64,000 bases of DNA, from assembly GCF_028641065.1 (NCBI RefSeq), contig NC_073408.1:5146001-5210000 (forward strand), given 5' to 3'. Under the pieces are notes generated by a model, which did no database searches, was not told the DNA's origin, and saw only the letters and a list, made by a program, of their open reading frames with translations. Shown one piece after another: positions 48,381 to 61,527 of the stretch (its first letter is position 1; the number at the start of each line of letters is the position of its first letter). This stretch comes from Leucoraja erinacea. Lineage: Eukaryota. The translations under genes and the position numbers were made by a program.

Positions 48381-51300
48381 AACTGATTCCATTACCTACC
48401 TATCTACCTATCTACCTATCTATCCACCTACCTATCTACCTACCTATCTAATTACCTACCTACCTACCACCTACCTACCTACTGGCTCATCTATCAGGTA
48501 AACACAGCAGATGCTGAAAATCTGAGATAAAATTACGTATGAATCAATAAATGAGGCTACATGTATTTTGAAGCAATTAAATATTATCAATGTGAGAAGT
48601 GTACTCTGTGAAGGGCATTTTTTGCTGAGGAAGTTCTGAAGTGGAGATAAAACACAGTGCTGGATGAGTTGAAACAGTCCACCACATTTCTAAATATACA
48701 GCACGGGAAACAGGCCCTTCGGCCCACCAAGTCTGTGCTCACCATCGGTCACCCATTCACACAAGTTCTGTGTTACCCCACATTCTCAACCACTCATTAC
48801 ACACTAACGTCAATTTACAGAGCTCGATTAACCTACAAACCCGTATGCCTTTGGGAGATTTCTTGATGTGTCAGGGGTGTCAGGGGTTATGGGGAGAAGG
48901 CAGGAGAATGGGGTTGAGAGAGAGAGAGAGGTAGATCAGCCACGATTGAATGGCGGGCTAGACTCGATGGGCCGAATGGTTTAATTCTGCTCCTCCAACT
49001 TGTGAACTTATGAAACCGGAGCACCCGGAGGAGCTCCAGGTGAGAACGTGCAAACTCCAAACAGAGAGCAGCGGGAGGTCAGGATTCAACCCGGATCTCT
49101 GGCTCCGTGAGGCAGCGACTCTGCCAGCTGTGTTGCTGGAATGTTGACACGTTGACGCCACAAACTGGGTGTGTCCACAAACATGCTATAATTGGAAAGA
49201 AAGAACAGGACAATTATTAACTAACTGGCTCATGGGATTGTTCGTGTCACTGACTCATCGAGACAACCTAACTGGTTCCATTTCCCCGTAAATCTAGTCA
49301 ACTTCCTTGTTCTAAGTGCGATTGAATAACTCTGCTCCTTTGTTTTCTCAAAGCCCAGGGGGCCAGTGCTCTCGTGAGTACCAGACACTTATGTAACAAA
49401 CTACGTATCACTGGTGTAACCATCCGAAGGTCCCGCACACAATGACCGAGATTACACGGGGCTTTGCTGGACTGCGTGCCGCTCCATGAGGCCGAGCACG
49501 TGGACCGCACGCGGCCTACAGCGGTGGAGTAGCGGCGGGGGGCACCACGGCCAAGCTTGGCCAGGCCGACCCTGCAACGTCGCCATGACAACGGGCCTTC
49601 ACGGTCAGGTCAAGGTCCCTGATGCATTTCGTTGTCTCTGTACTGTACACTGACAATGACAATTAAAAATTGAATCTGAATCTACTACATAACCGGGACT
49701 TGAAAATGGCACCAAGCTGGCGACTCTGTGTACAGTCACAATGCACCACTGCTATGCACTTGCACTGGATCTGAGATGCTTATCTAAGATGTATCTAAAG
49801 GGCCTGTCCCATTCACGACCTCTGCCGAATTTGCCCTTGACATACTCGCAGAATGGTCATCTCGAGGTCGTGGGAGGTGGTAGCAGGTCGTGATGCTTTC
49901 CCCTTTTCCCTGTCTTGAGAAAGGTCTCGACTCGAAACATCGCCCATTCCTTTTCTCCACAGATGCTGCCTGACCCGCTGAGTTACTCCAGCATTTTTGA
50001 GCCTGTCTTTTCTTTTCTTTATCCTATTTACAAGCTCAACTTGAAGGCCCCTTGAAAACAAGTTCAGTTGAGTTGAGTTTAGTTTATAATTGTCACATGT
50101 ACAGAGATACAGTGAAAAGCTTTTGTTAATGTGATGTCCAAACACAAAAAGTAAAAGACTGTGTGTGACTGTGATTGAGCCGTGCACTGGTATAGATAAT
50201 GTGTAAAGGGCACAATATTTAGTGCAAAGATGTAACATTGTAAATCTGATAAAGTCCGATCAACAAAGGTTCAAAAGTCTAAAATTAGGTCGGTGGGAGG
50301 TCAGGACCGCACTCTAGCTGAGGAGAGGACTGTTCAGTAACAGATAACAGCTTTGGGAAGACATTTCCTGAATCTGGAGGTATGCTTTTTCATCTCCTGC
50401 CTGATGGACGAGTCATAGTCATACAGGGTGGAAACAGACTCTTCGACCCAACTTGCCCACACCAACCAACATGCCCCAGCTACAGTAGTCCCACCTGCCT
50501 GCGTCTGGCCCATATCCTATCCATGTAATCTTTCTTAAACGTTGCGTTAGTAGCTGCTAGAGGGTTGAAGAGGGAGTGACCGGGGGTGAGTCTGGTCCTT
50601 GATTATGCTGGAGGCCTTGCTGAGGTGTAGGCAGCGTGAGGTGTAGATGGAGTCGATGGATGGGAGGCTGGAGGCATGGATGGGAGGCTGGAGGCAAGTC
50701 AAGTCCAGTCAAGTTTATTGTCAGATGCACAAGTACGGTGAGGTGCAGGTACAATGGAAATGTTACCTGCAGCAATATCTCAGGTGTTTAGAATCGGACA
50801 ACACACAAACACTCTAGTTTTAGAATCCTCTGCCCTGGGAATAGGTCTGTGGGTCTTCATTTTATCCATGTCCCTCATATCTTGTACACATTGGCGAGTG
50901 GGGAACATTTGAGGACCAAACAACCTACTCATATTCATAGTCATGGGGTGATACAGCGTGGAAACAGGCCCTTCGGCCCAACTTGCCCAATACATGTCGC
51001 AGCTACACTAGTCCCACCTGTCTGCGTTTGGTCCATATCCCTCCAAACCTGTCCTATCCATGAACCTGTCTAACTGCCTCTTAAACGTTGGGATAGTCCC
51101 AGCCTCAACTGCCTCCGCCTTTTATTTCTTCTTTCCTTAAATCACACCTTCTGTTTATGTCGTGTACTTGATGCGAATGTGGTGATGCTTGTTCATTAGA
51201 AGGGTCTTGACGTCGGTCAAGATCCTTGGACTCTGCAGTGAGAGTCTTGGAGGAGAGATGTTCGATCTATACCAGCCAGGTTCAGAAGGCGGAGGGAGAG

Positions 51301-51822
51301 AGAGCCCTGGGCATTTATGCCAAGAAAAGCCAATTCCAAGCAATGGATGTGGTGCCTCAAAAAGTCTCATATGTTCCACACACGTGAACACTATTAATGC
51401 TGCAGCTTCCGTCCTAACCTGAAATGCAGCTCAAAGCACAACACCCTCATCGAACAACAATATAATTTGAGCCTATTTATAACATTCAACTGCAGCGACC
51501 ACACCCTCATGTTGCACAACCTACGTGAACATCAGCGGGCTTGCGGCTCTGCAGGCTAATCCACAATGATTCCACATCAGTAAAACTTTGCATAAATCTC
51601 ACTACCCCTCCACAATCTGACAGTGGGGACCTCACCTGTGGGAAGATGCATGTCCCGTACTCCCTGCAGATAAAAGGCACCGTCCACAATCCTTGGCATG
51701 CGTCTATTAGACTTGTTGAGATACAGATATACAGTGCGGCAACGGTCCCTTCGACCCACCGAGTCCATGCTGACCAACCGTCACGCCGTACACTAACGCC
51801 ATCCTACACACACTAGGGACAA

Positions 51823-52190
51823 AGGGGTCTTAAGGGGTTGGACAGGCTAGATGCAGGAAGATTGTTCCCGATGTTGGGGAAGTCCAGAACTAGGGGGTCA
51901 CTGTTTAAGAATAAGAGGGAAGTCTTTTAGGACCGAGATGAGAAAATCATTTTTTACACAGAGAGTGGTGAATCTGTGGAATTCTCTGCCACAGAAGGTA
52001 GTTGAGGCCACAGTTCATTGGCTATATTTAAGAGTTAGATGTGGCCCTTGTGGCTAAAGGGATCAGGGGGTATGGAGAGAAGGCAGGGATGGGATACTGA
52101 GTTGGATGATCAGCCATGATCATATCGAATGGTGGTGCAGGCTCGAAGGGCCGAATGGCCTGCTCCTGCACCTATTTCCTATGTCTGTGC
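51823..52190 (+). mobile_element. CR1-like LINE 3' end nested in a SINE
   Basis: RGKSFRTEMRKSFFTQRVVNLWNSLPQ. Confidence 0.85.
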
Positions 52191-53698
52191 CTCTATATAT
52201 GTGACAAGTTTACAATTTTACCGATGCCAATTAACCTACAAACCTGCATGTCTTTGGAGTGGGGGGTGGGGGAAACCAGAGCTCCCGGAGAAAACACATG
52301 TGGTGACGAGAATGTACAAACTGTGTACAGGCAGCACCCGTAGTCAGGATTGAACCCGGGTCTCTGGCGCCGTGAGGCAGCAACTCTATCCGCTGCGCCA
52401 CCGTGCCGACGTAGAAGATTTGAACATTTCCGTCAGAGCTGCCAGACATCTCCTTGCTTGCTTCCCCTCGTGGCCGAGGATACATTTCAAGATTCAAGAT
52501 TCAAGAGAGTTTATTGTCATGTGTCCCCGATAGGACAATGAAATTCTTGCTTTGCTTCAGCACAACAGAACATAGAAGACATGAATACAGAACAGATCAG
52601 TGTGTCCATATACCATTGTATAAATATATACACACATGAATAAATAGAACAGATAGAGTGCAAATAAACAGATAATGGGCTATTAATGTTGAGAGTTTTG
52701 TTTGAGTTGAGTTCAATAGCCTGATGGCTGTGGGGAAGCAGCTGTTTCTGAACCTGGACGTTGCAGTCTTCAGGCTCCTGTACCTTCTACCTGAACGCTG
52801 GGAATTTATCCACCTTTCAGTGTGCAAATACCTCTAACATCTTCACCTTTTCAGTGATCAGTTGTTCTGGAATTTTACCATCCTCTTCCAGATTTCTCCA
52901 AATACTGATCCAGTCAAAAACAGCCCAGAATGTTGAAGAATGATAATGCCTTTGAATTCACAGATAGGTTGTTAGACTTCCCTCTAGGGAAGGTGACTAA
53001 CTTGAATGGGTGGAGTAGTATCTATTCTCAGTGCTATTGAGAATCATAATCCTCCCCAATTAAAGGACGTTCTTCAGAATTAAAGGATGTTATTTTAAGA
53101 AGGAGGAGGAGAAATTTCTTTAGTCAGAGGGTGGTGAGTCTGTGGAATTCTTTGCCACAGAAGGCTGTGGAGGCCGTCAGCTGATATATTTAAGGCAGAA
53201 ATAGATATATTCTTAATTAGTACAGGTGTCACGAGGTTATGGGGAAGAAGGCAGGAGAATGGGGTTAGGAGGGAGAGATAGATCAGCCATGGTTGAATGG
53301 CAGAGTAGACTTGATGGGCCGAATGGCCTAGTTATATCCTATTCTTTATGACCTTATAGATTAATAGTTATACAGTGTGGAAACAGGCCCTTTGACCCAC
53401 CTTGTCTACGCTGACCAAGTTAGTACAGCGATCACCCCGTACATTAACACTATCCTACACACACTAGGGACACATTTACACTTGTACCAACCTAATACAC
53501 CTACACACCTGTACGTCTTAGGAGTGTGGGAGGAAACCAGCGAGTTTGGGAGGTTTTCTTTTAGAATGTTCGTCCCGTGACTGCGTGGGATATCTCAGAT
53601 CTTCTGTTTCCTCCAATGCCCCAAAGATGTACAGATTTGTAAGTCAATTGGCTTGGTATAAATGTAAATTGTCCTGAGTGTGCGCCGGATAGTGTTAA

Positions 53699-53950
53699 CG
53701 GGCCTGTCTCACTTGGGCATCATTTGTTGCGCGTCACGCAGGTGACACGTGAAGATTTTGTGGATCCCAAAATCCTGGGGCGCGCCACGCGCAACCACGC
53801 GCAACCACGCGCAACCTACGCGCAACCACGCGCAACCACGCGCAACCACGCGTCACTGCCGACGTCACTGCCGACGTACACGCGCACGTCGTGATGCGTA
53901 AATGTTGTCGCGTAAATGACGTGCAAATGACGCCAAGTGGGACATGCCCT
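53699..53950. mobile_element. Harbinger-type MITE with an internal (CCACGCGCAA)n array, inserted in a SINE
   Basis: GGGCCTGTCTCACTTG...CAAGTGGGACATGCCC TIRs with TAA/TTA flanks. Confidence 0.75.
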
Positions 53951-56398
53951 TTAATGCGCGGGCTCGGTGGGCTAAACAGCCCGTTTCTGTGCTGTATCTC
54001 TAAACGAAGCTAAACGTAAGGGCAGGAGGATTGAGCCGGATGTTTTGATCTGCTCGGGTTAATCAGCAACAGAACAAGTTGCTTGTCAAACTGGAGGAGA
54101 AGCTTGCATCGTGTGCCACTCGTGAGGTGGGAGATCGAAAGCTATCAATGTCATTATTTCCCCGCGGCTATGATAAGGGAGTTGACCTTTATCGAATGCC
54201 ATTTGCATTGTAGAGATGACATTGGAGATGGAATCAGGAAGTTGACGTGCAACAAATACAAAGTTGGTAATTCCAACTGTGTTGTTGAAAGTGGAATTGG
54301 GAAAGGTGAGGTCGTCTAATTTGTATACGAGGCAAATTGTACATGTAGCTGTGAGGGAGGGAAGGGTCGGTGTGGTGATCAACACATCGCAAATAGCTAG
54401 CTTGTAGTTCCTGTTCAACTGCTTCGTCCTTTGACTGTCAAATTTGCAAATTTGACTGCCCTCTACAATTTGCCTCCATCTTTTCAGGAGAAAGTTTGAT
54501 TTCGCTCTTCGGGCTAAAGGAATCAAGGAATACGGGGTACTGATTTCAGATGATCAGCCATGATTATATTGAATGTTAAGGGCTTGGACGCACTAGAGGC
54601 AGGAAACACGTTCCCGATGTTGGGGGAGTCCAGAACCAGGGGCCACAGTTTGAGAGTAAGGAGTAAGCCATTTAGAACGGAGACGAGGAAACATTTTTTC
54701 TCACAGAGTGTGGTGAGTGTGTGGAATTCTCTGCCTCAGAGGGCAGTGGAGGCAGGTTCTCTGGATGTTTTCAAGAGAGAGCTAGATGGGGCTGTTAAAG
54801 ATAGGGATATGGGGAGAAGGCAGGAACGGTGTACTGATTGGGGATGATCAGCCATGATCACATTGAATGGCGATGCTGGCACGAAAGGCCAAATGGCCTT
54901 CTCCTGCACCTATTGTCTATTGAATGGCGGTGGTGGCTCGAAGGGTTGAATGGCCTACTCCTGCACCTATTTTTCTATGTTTCTATCTGGTCATGCAAAA
55001 GGACACAAAGTGCTGGAGTAACTCAGCGGGTCAGGCAGCATCACAAAAGAACGTGGATAGCTGACGTGCTGGGTCGGGACCGCTTAAACCATCGCCCTTT
55101 GTCTTTCTCCAACAATAAACGTCTGTGATTAGTTTCTGGAAAGCAAGGACCATATCACAGGAGTCACTACTGAATGAAAGGCAAATGTTGACAAAAGTGC
55201 TGGAGAAACTCAGCGGGTGCAGCAGCATCTATGAAGCGAAGGATGCAAATGTTGATGATTAAATTCACCATTAACTCCTCACTACCTCAACACAGCCTTT
55301 GTCTGTCCCATGAAAAGTCTGAGGCATAGACTGAGCTATAGGGAGAGGGTAGGCAAGCTAGGACTGTATTCCTTGGAGCGTAGGAGGATGAGGGATGATG
55401 ATATATTGGTGTATAAGATCATCAGGGGATAGATCGGGTGGATGTGCAGGCTGTTACCCAGAGTAGCAGATCGGGAATCCAGAAGACCTAGGTTCAAGGT
55501 GAGACAGGAAGGATTTAGTACGAATCACAGAGGGTGGTGGGTATATGGAATAAACTGCTGGAGGTGGTAGTTGAGGCAGAAGCTTTAAACAACTTTTTAA
55601 AGGCATTTGGACAAGTACATGGAAGGGAAAGGTTTAGAGGGATATGGATTGCACTATTTTATAATTTTCAATAGACAATAGGTGCAGGAGTAGGCCATTC
55701 GGCCCTTCGAGTCAGCACCGCCATTCACTGTGATCATGGCTGTTCATCCACATTCAATACCCTGATCCTGAGGTTCAATGAGTGACCCCTTCATCCTTGT
55801 AAATTCTAATTTCAGATGATTCATTTTGCACACACAATTTATTTAAAAAAAAACTATTCTGTGTTCAAAACATTTTCCTTAAGCACATACCTGAGACCAG
55901 TAAGGAATTATTTTTGATTTTCACCGATAGCTTCCTGTTATTATAATCTCCAACAAGTAATACCGCTTTTAATGACACCTCCGTTAAAGTCAGTGCGCAA
56001 ACACATTAGAGAAATCTCAATTCTGCTTCAAAAATGTTTCCAAGAGCCTGCATCTGAAACATGAAAGGACTTTTTTTTAAAAATCCTGACAAATAGCTAC
56101 TCATTATCAAGATATCCAACACAACCCTTTTATTTAAACTCGATTCTTATTCCAGTTGGTTTAAATAAAATGTGACTTGCTAACGAATTTTTATATGCAT
56201 CTTAGTATCAATCCTTGATTGGAATCTTTCCAACTTATGAACAGTAGTTATGGGCTGTTCAAGGACATAATGTAATTGAGTTAACAAGGTGTGTTGTATT
56301 AAATTAAAGTGTGAACAAAGGAATGTGGAGTTTCCAAGATCCTTTCTCACTGGCGAATTCAACAGGACGAAGGCCAGACCTGTGGGTTGTCCCCAAGA

Positions 56399-56490
56399 GT
56401 CTGAAGAAGGGTCTCGACCCGAAACGTCACCCATTCCTTCTCTCCAGAGATGCTGCCTGTCCCGCTGAGTTACTCCAGCATTTTGTGTCC
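56399..56490 (+). mobile_element. Penelope-derived repeat with intact hammerhead-like core
   Basis: CTGAAGA-A-GGGT CTCG ACCC-GAAAC-GTC at 56401-56428. Confidence 0.8.
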
Positions 56491-57862
56491 ATCCCAGGTT
56501 ATTATAAGCCTGATTTATGCGTTTCCTCCCGCATTCCAAAGACATGCAGTTGATTTGCTTCAGAAAATTACTCTCGTTCAATAATCTGAGGGGAATTGAG
56601 AAAACTTTGTGAGCAGTTTTACGCCCCATATCTGAGGAAGGATGTGCTGGTATTGGAGAGGAGGTTTGCGAGAATGATCCCAGGAATGATTGGTTTAACA
56701 TAAGTGTTTGATCAGCCATGATCATATTGAATGGCAGTGCAGGCTCGAAGGGCCGAATGGCCTACTCCTGCACCTATTTTCTAATGTTCTATGTTTGAAT
56801 GCCCTGGGCCTGTACTCGCTGGAGTTTAGAAGGATGAGCGGGGGGGGAACCCTCATTGAAATTTACCGAATAGTGAAAGGCCTGGATGGAGTGGATGTGG
56901 AGAGGATGTTTCTGACCAGAGGCCATAGCCTCAGTATAGACAGGAGGAGATGATGAGGTATTTTAGACGGAGGGTGGTGAATCTGTGGAACTCATTGCCA
57001 CAGAAGGCTGTGGAGGCCACGTCAATGGATATTTTTAAGGTGGAGATTGACAGATTATTGATTAGTGCGGGTGTTGGGGGTTTATGGGGAGAAGGCAGGA
57101 GAATGGGGTTGAGAGGGAAAGATAGATCAGTTATGATTGAATGGTGGAGTGGACTTGCTGGGCCGAATGGCCTAGTTTTGCGCCGATCACTTATGAACTT
57201 GTGAGAACAATGCGTAGAGAACATAGAATTGGTTTGGTGCCGTGTCAATGTAAATGGGTCCTGGATGTTTGGTACGGACTCAGTGGGGCTGAAGGGTCTG
57301 CTGCCCTGCTCTGTCATTCTTTTACAAAATATCCTCTTTAAATACTGTTTAACTTGCACTTAATTACTGCCAGGAGCTATTGTCAAAATAGTTTGTAGTA
57401 GCAGTGAGACTCTGTGAAACCCTGTTAACTTGCGGCAACTTTCTAAGTGATGACATGCACACCATAGCTTAGAAAGATAGACACAAAATACTGGAGTCAC
57501 TCAGTAGGTCAGGCAGCATCTCTGGAGATGAGTGTATATATGTTCAGTATGATCCAGCATCTGCAGTTCCTTCTTGCATATGAAAGAATGGATCGACCTG
57601 GCTTGTATAGAATTTAGAAACGATGAGAGGGGATCTTAGAGAAACATATACAATTCTTAAGGGATTGGACAGGCTAGATGCAGGAAAAATGTTCCCGATG
57701 TTAGGGGAGTCCAGAACCGGGGGTCACAGTTTAAGAATAAGGGTTAGGCCATTTAGGACTGAGATGGGAAACGTTTTCACCCAGAAAGTTGTAAATGTGT
57801 GGAATTCTCTGCCACAGAAGGCCATGGAGGCCAATTCACTTGGTCTTTTCAAGAGAGAGTAA

Positions 57863-58191
57863 TAGCCCTGTCCCACGGTACGAGTTAATTCCAAGAGATC
57901 TCCCGAGTTTGCCCTGATTCGAACTCGGAGATTTACGGTAATGGCCACTTGTCGGTACTCGGGGCTCTCGTGGACATTTTTCAACATGTTGAAAAACTTC
58001 CCGAGTTTTCCCGTGCTTACCTGCTGTTAGCGAGTCTTCCCGAGTACCTGCCGTTAGCGTTACGGGCCGCTAAGAGACGTCCCCGAGCTCCGACGTACCC
58101 GCTACGTTCATTCTCCGTGCTTACCACGAGTTTGATATTTTAAAAACTCGGTAGAGCTCTTGAAGTGAACTCATACCGTGGGACAGGGCCA
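57863..58191. mobile_element. Harbinger-type MITE inserted in a CR1 3' end (57585-58240)
   Basis: TIRs TAGCCCTGTCCCACGGTACGAGTT / AACTCATACCGTGGGACAGGGCCA with TAA/TTA flanks; the CR1 text resumes exactly. Confidence 0.85.
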
Positions 58192-59026
58192 TTAGATATA
58201 GCTCTTAGGGCTAACGGAATCAAAGGAGATGGGGAGAAAGCACAAAATGAAGAAGGGTTTCGGCCCGAAACGTTGCCTATTTCCTTCGCTCCATAGATGC
58301 TGCTGCACCCGCTGAGTTTCTCAAGCACTTTTGTCTACCTACTCCTGCACCTATTTTCTACGTCTTGAAAGGAGATGTGGTGTCTCAGTTTTGCCTTGAA
58401 AACGGTTTGATAGATTCTACAGAATGATCTTGCTTTCAGAATACTGCTAAGATCACTGTGGCCATTTCTCTCCTGCCATTGAGATGAGGGGAAAACCTTT
58501 ACCAGCAGGGTCAGGACCAACTTCTTCCCTATAACCATCAGGTTTAGTTTATTTTAAAGATACAGCGTGGAAACAGACCCTTCGACCCATGGAGTCCACA
58601 CCGACCGGCGATCCCCGCACGTTAACACAAGCCTACATGAACTACGAACAATTTACACTTATACCAAGTATGCAAACCCAAGGCAATTAGACAAAAATGC
58701 TGGAGAAACTCAGCGGGTGAGGTAGCATCTATGGAGCGAAGGAAATATGGCTGAAGAAGGGTTTCGACCCAAAACGTTGCCTATTTCCTTCGCTCCATAG
58801 ATGCTGCCTCACCCGCTGAGTTTCTCCAGCATTTTTGTCTACTCTCGATTTTCCAGCATCTGCAGTTCCTTCTTAAACCTACGAACCTATACGTCTTTGT
58901 AGTGTGGGAGGAAACCATAGATCTCGGAGAAAACCCACGCAGTCACGTGGAGAACATACAAACTCCGTACAGACAGCACCCATAGTCGGAATCAAACCTG
59001 GGCCTCCGATGCTGCAAGCGCTGTAA

Positions 59027-59210
59027 TGCCCCTGTCCCACTTAGGAAGCCTGACGGAAACCTCTGGAGACTTTGCGCCCCACCCGACCTGCTTCCACTAC
59101 CTGCAACCTCCGGCAACCACCTGCAACCTCCGGGAACCGCACGGAAACCTTGGGTGGGGCGCAAAGTCTCCAGAGGTTTCTGTTCAGGTTTCCTAAGTGG
59201 GACAGGGGTA
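59027..59210. mobile_element. Harbinger-type MITE with ~55-60-bp TIRs, inserted in a SINE
   Basis: TGCCCCTGTCCCACTTAGGAAGCCTGA... / ...TCAGGTTTCCTAAGTGGGACAGGGGTA. Confidence 0.8.
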
Positions 59211-60152
59211 GAAGGCAGCAACTCTACCGCTGTGTCACCATGCCACCCAAGGTTCTTGAACATTACACAACACTAACCCCAACTACCAACTTCTATGGAA
59301 TGATTTTAGTTGCACTAATGACTTTATTATTGCAGCAGTCATGCGGCTGCTACTTCATTGAATTTTGAAATTATATGTTATCAGTTTGCATTGTGTTTAT
59401 AAGTTAAGCTGCTGAAAGTAAGAAGATTATTTCCCATTTTCGGTAGACGTGACAATTAACGGCATTTAATATCTGAAAGTACATAGGTGTATAACGTCAT
59501 GAGAGGAACAGATTGGGTAGATGCATAGTCTCTTGCCCAGAGTAGGAGAATTGAGAACCAGACGGCATAATTTTAAACTGAAGGGAGGGAGATTTAATAG
59601 GAATCTGCAGGGGTAATTTTTTCACACAAAGGGTGGTGGGTGTATGGAACAAGCTGCCGGAGGGGATAGTTGAGGCAGGGACTATCGCAAAGTTTGTGTG
59701 AGAGTTAGACGGGTACATAGATAGGAAGGGTCTCAACCCGAAACGTCACCCATTCCTACTCTCCAGAGATGCTGCCTGTCCCGCTGAGTTACTCCAGCAC
59801 TTCGGTTTAAACCAGCATCTGCAGTTCTTTCCTACAGGTTTAGAAGGGTTTGCGCCAAGCGCAGGCAGGTGTGACTGGTGTAGATGAGACATCTTGTTTG
59901 GTGTGGGCAAGTTGGGCCGAAGGGCCTGTTTCCACACTGTATGACTATAGTTGCACAGCTTTCAAATTAATCTAGGTTTTCTGCTTGGCTTTTATTTGTC
60001 ACAGCGACAAATCAGCTAGGTGATGGTTTTTGAATCAAGTTTAAGTAATGGTTGGTTACCTAAACTATTTCAATGTGCATTTCCTTGGCAACGAGCTGCC
60101 AGAGGAGGTAGTTGAGGCTGGGACTATCCCAACGTTTATGAAACAGGCAGGT

Positions 60153-60435
60153 AATTGGAGGGACAGCACCTCATATTCCGCTTGGGGAGTCTGCATCTGG
60201 CGGGCATGAACATTGAATTCTCCCAATTTTGTTAGCCCTTGCTGTCTCCTCCCCTTCCTCAGCCCTCCTGCTGTCTCCTCCCATCCCCCAGCCTTCGGGC
60301 TCCTCCTCCTTTTTCCTTTCTTCTCCCCGCCCCCCCACCCCCAATCAGTCTTCAGCAGGGTTTCTGCCTGAAACGTTGCCTATTTCCTTCGCTCCATAGA
60401 TGCTGCTGCACCCGCTGAGTTTCCCCAGCTTTTTT
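60153..60435 (+). mobile_element. Penelope-like 3' fragment nested in CR1
   Basis: EGQHLIFRLGSLHLAGMNIEFSQF* followed by the terminal repeat. Confidence 0.8.
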
Positions 60436-61104
60436 GGGTACATGGACAAGTTTGGAAGGATATAGCAGGCAGGTGGGACTAGACATGTTGGCCGGTGTGT
60501 GTGTGTGTGCAAGTTGGGCTGAAAGGCCTGTTTCCCCATTGTATCACTCTGACTCTATGAACAATGAGCCTTTTATAGAGGCCTTACAATGATGTCTGTG
60601 TGATGTGTCTTCCTCGAGTCAATGAACAATAGAAAGAAACTTAATTGCAGCGCCTTTGATATTTGGTATACTTATCAAAGCTTGGCACTGGACATTTATT
60701 TAAACTAAACAAACTGTGGTTAATACCACAAAGTCGATTTTACACCTAAATCGCAGTCTAATGAATGACTCATTGTAAACCAACCCGTCTGTTGTTGCAT
60801 AAAGCTTTAAAATTAGATTTTCATTCTAATTTGTCAATGGATTCATGTTCCTCTCTGTGCGGCTGGTAAAATGACCTCCGTTCGTGCAATTTGCCACCTA
60901 CTGGAATTCAGGAAATACTGGAAAAAGTTCAACGTATTTTGGACAAAGCAGCCCAGACTCAGTGAGTGTGATTGCCGCCAAACTCACTGCCTTAAAGATG
61001 TATTCCCTTCCGAACGTCCGAACTCTGTACAGACAGCACCCGCAGTCAGGATCTGTATGTCTTTGTAGTGCGGGAGGAAACCAGAGGCCCTGGTGAAAAC
61101 TCAC

Positions 61105-61527
61105 AGAAACATAGAAAAATAGGTGTAGGCCATTCGGCCCTTCGAGCCTGCACCGCCATTCAATATGATCATGGCTGATCATCCAACTCAGTATCCCGTA
61201 CCTGCCTTCTCTAAATACCCCCTGATCCCTTTAGCCACAAGGGCCACATCTAACTCCCTCTTAAATATAGCCAATGAACTGTGGCCTCAACTACCTTCTG
61301 TGGCCGAGAGTTCCAGAGATTCACCGCTCTCTGTGTGAAAAATGTTTTTCTCATCTCAGTCCTAAAAGATTTCCCCCTTATCCTTAAACTGTGACCCCTT
61401 GTTCTGGACTTCCCCAACATCGGGAACAATCTTCTTGCATCTAGCCTGTCAAAACCCCTTAAGAATTTTGTAAGTTTCTATAAGATCCCCCCACAATCTC
61501 CTAAATTCTAGCGAGTACAAGCCGAGA
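61105..61527 (-). mobile_element. CR1-like LINE 3' end
   Basis: Reverse complement of the 14787-15049 subfamily, extending further 5'. Confidence 0.85.

Noticed and set aside
54086-54526. 146-aa minus-strand ORF in mostly unique DNA
   Set aside because: Non-ATG start inside a CR1 remnant, no convincing splice sites, no recognisable motif; a tblastn search could revisit it.
56180-56725. 181-aa minus-strand ORF
   Set aside because: Mosaic read-through of CR1, SINE and Penelope fragments.
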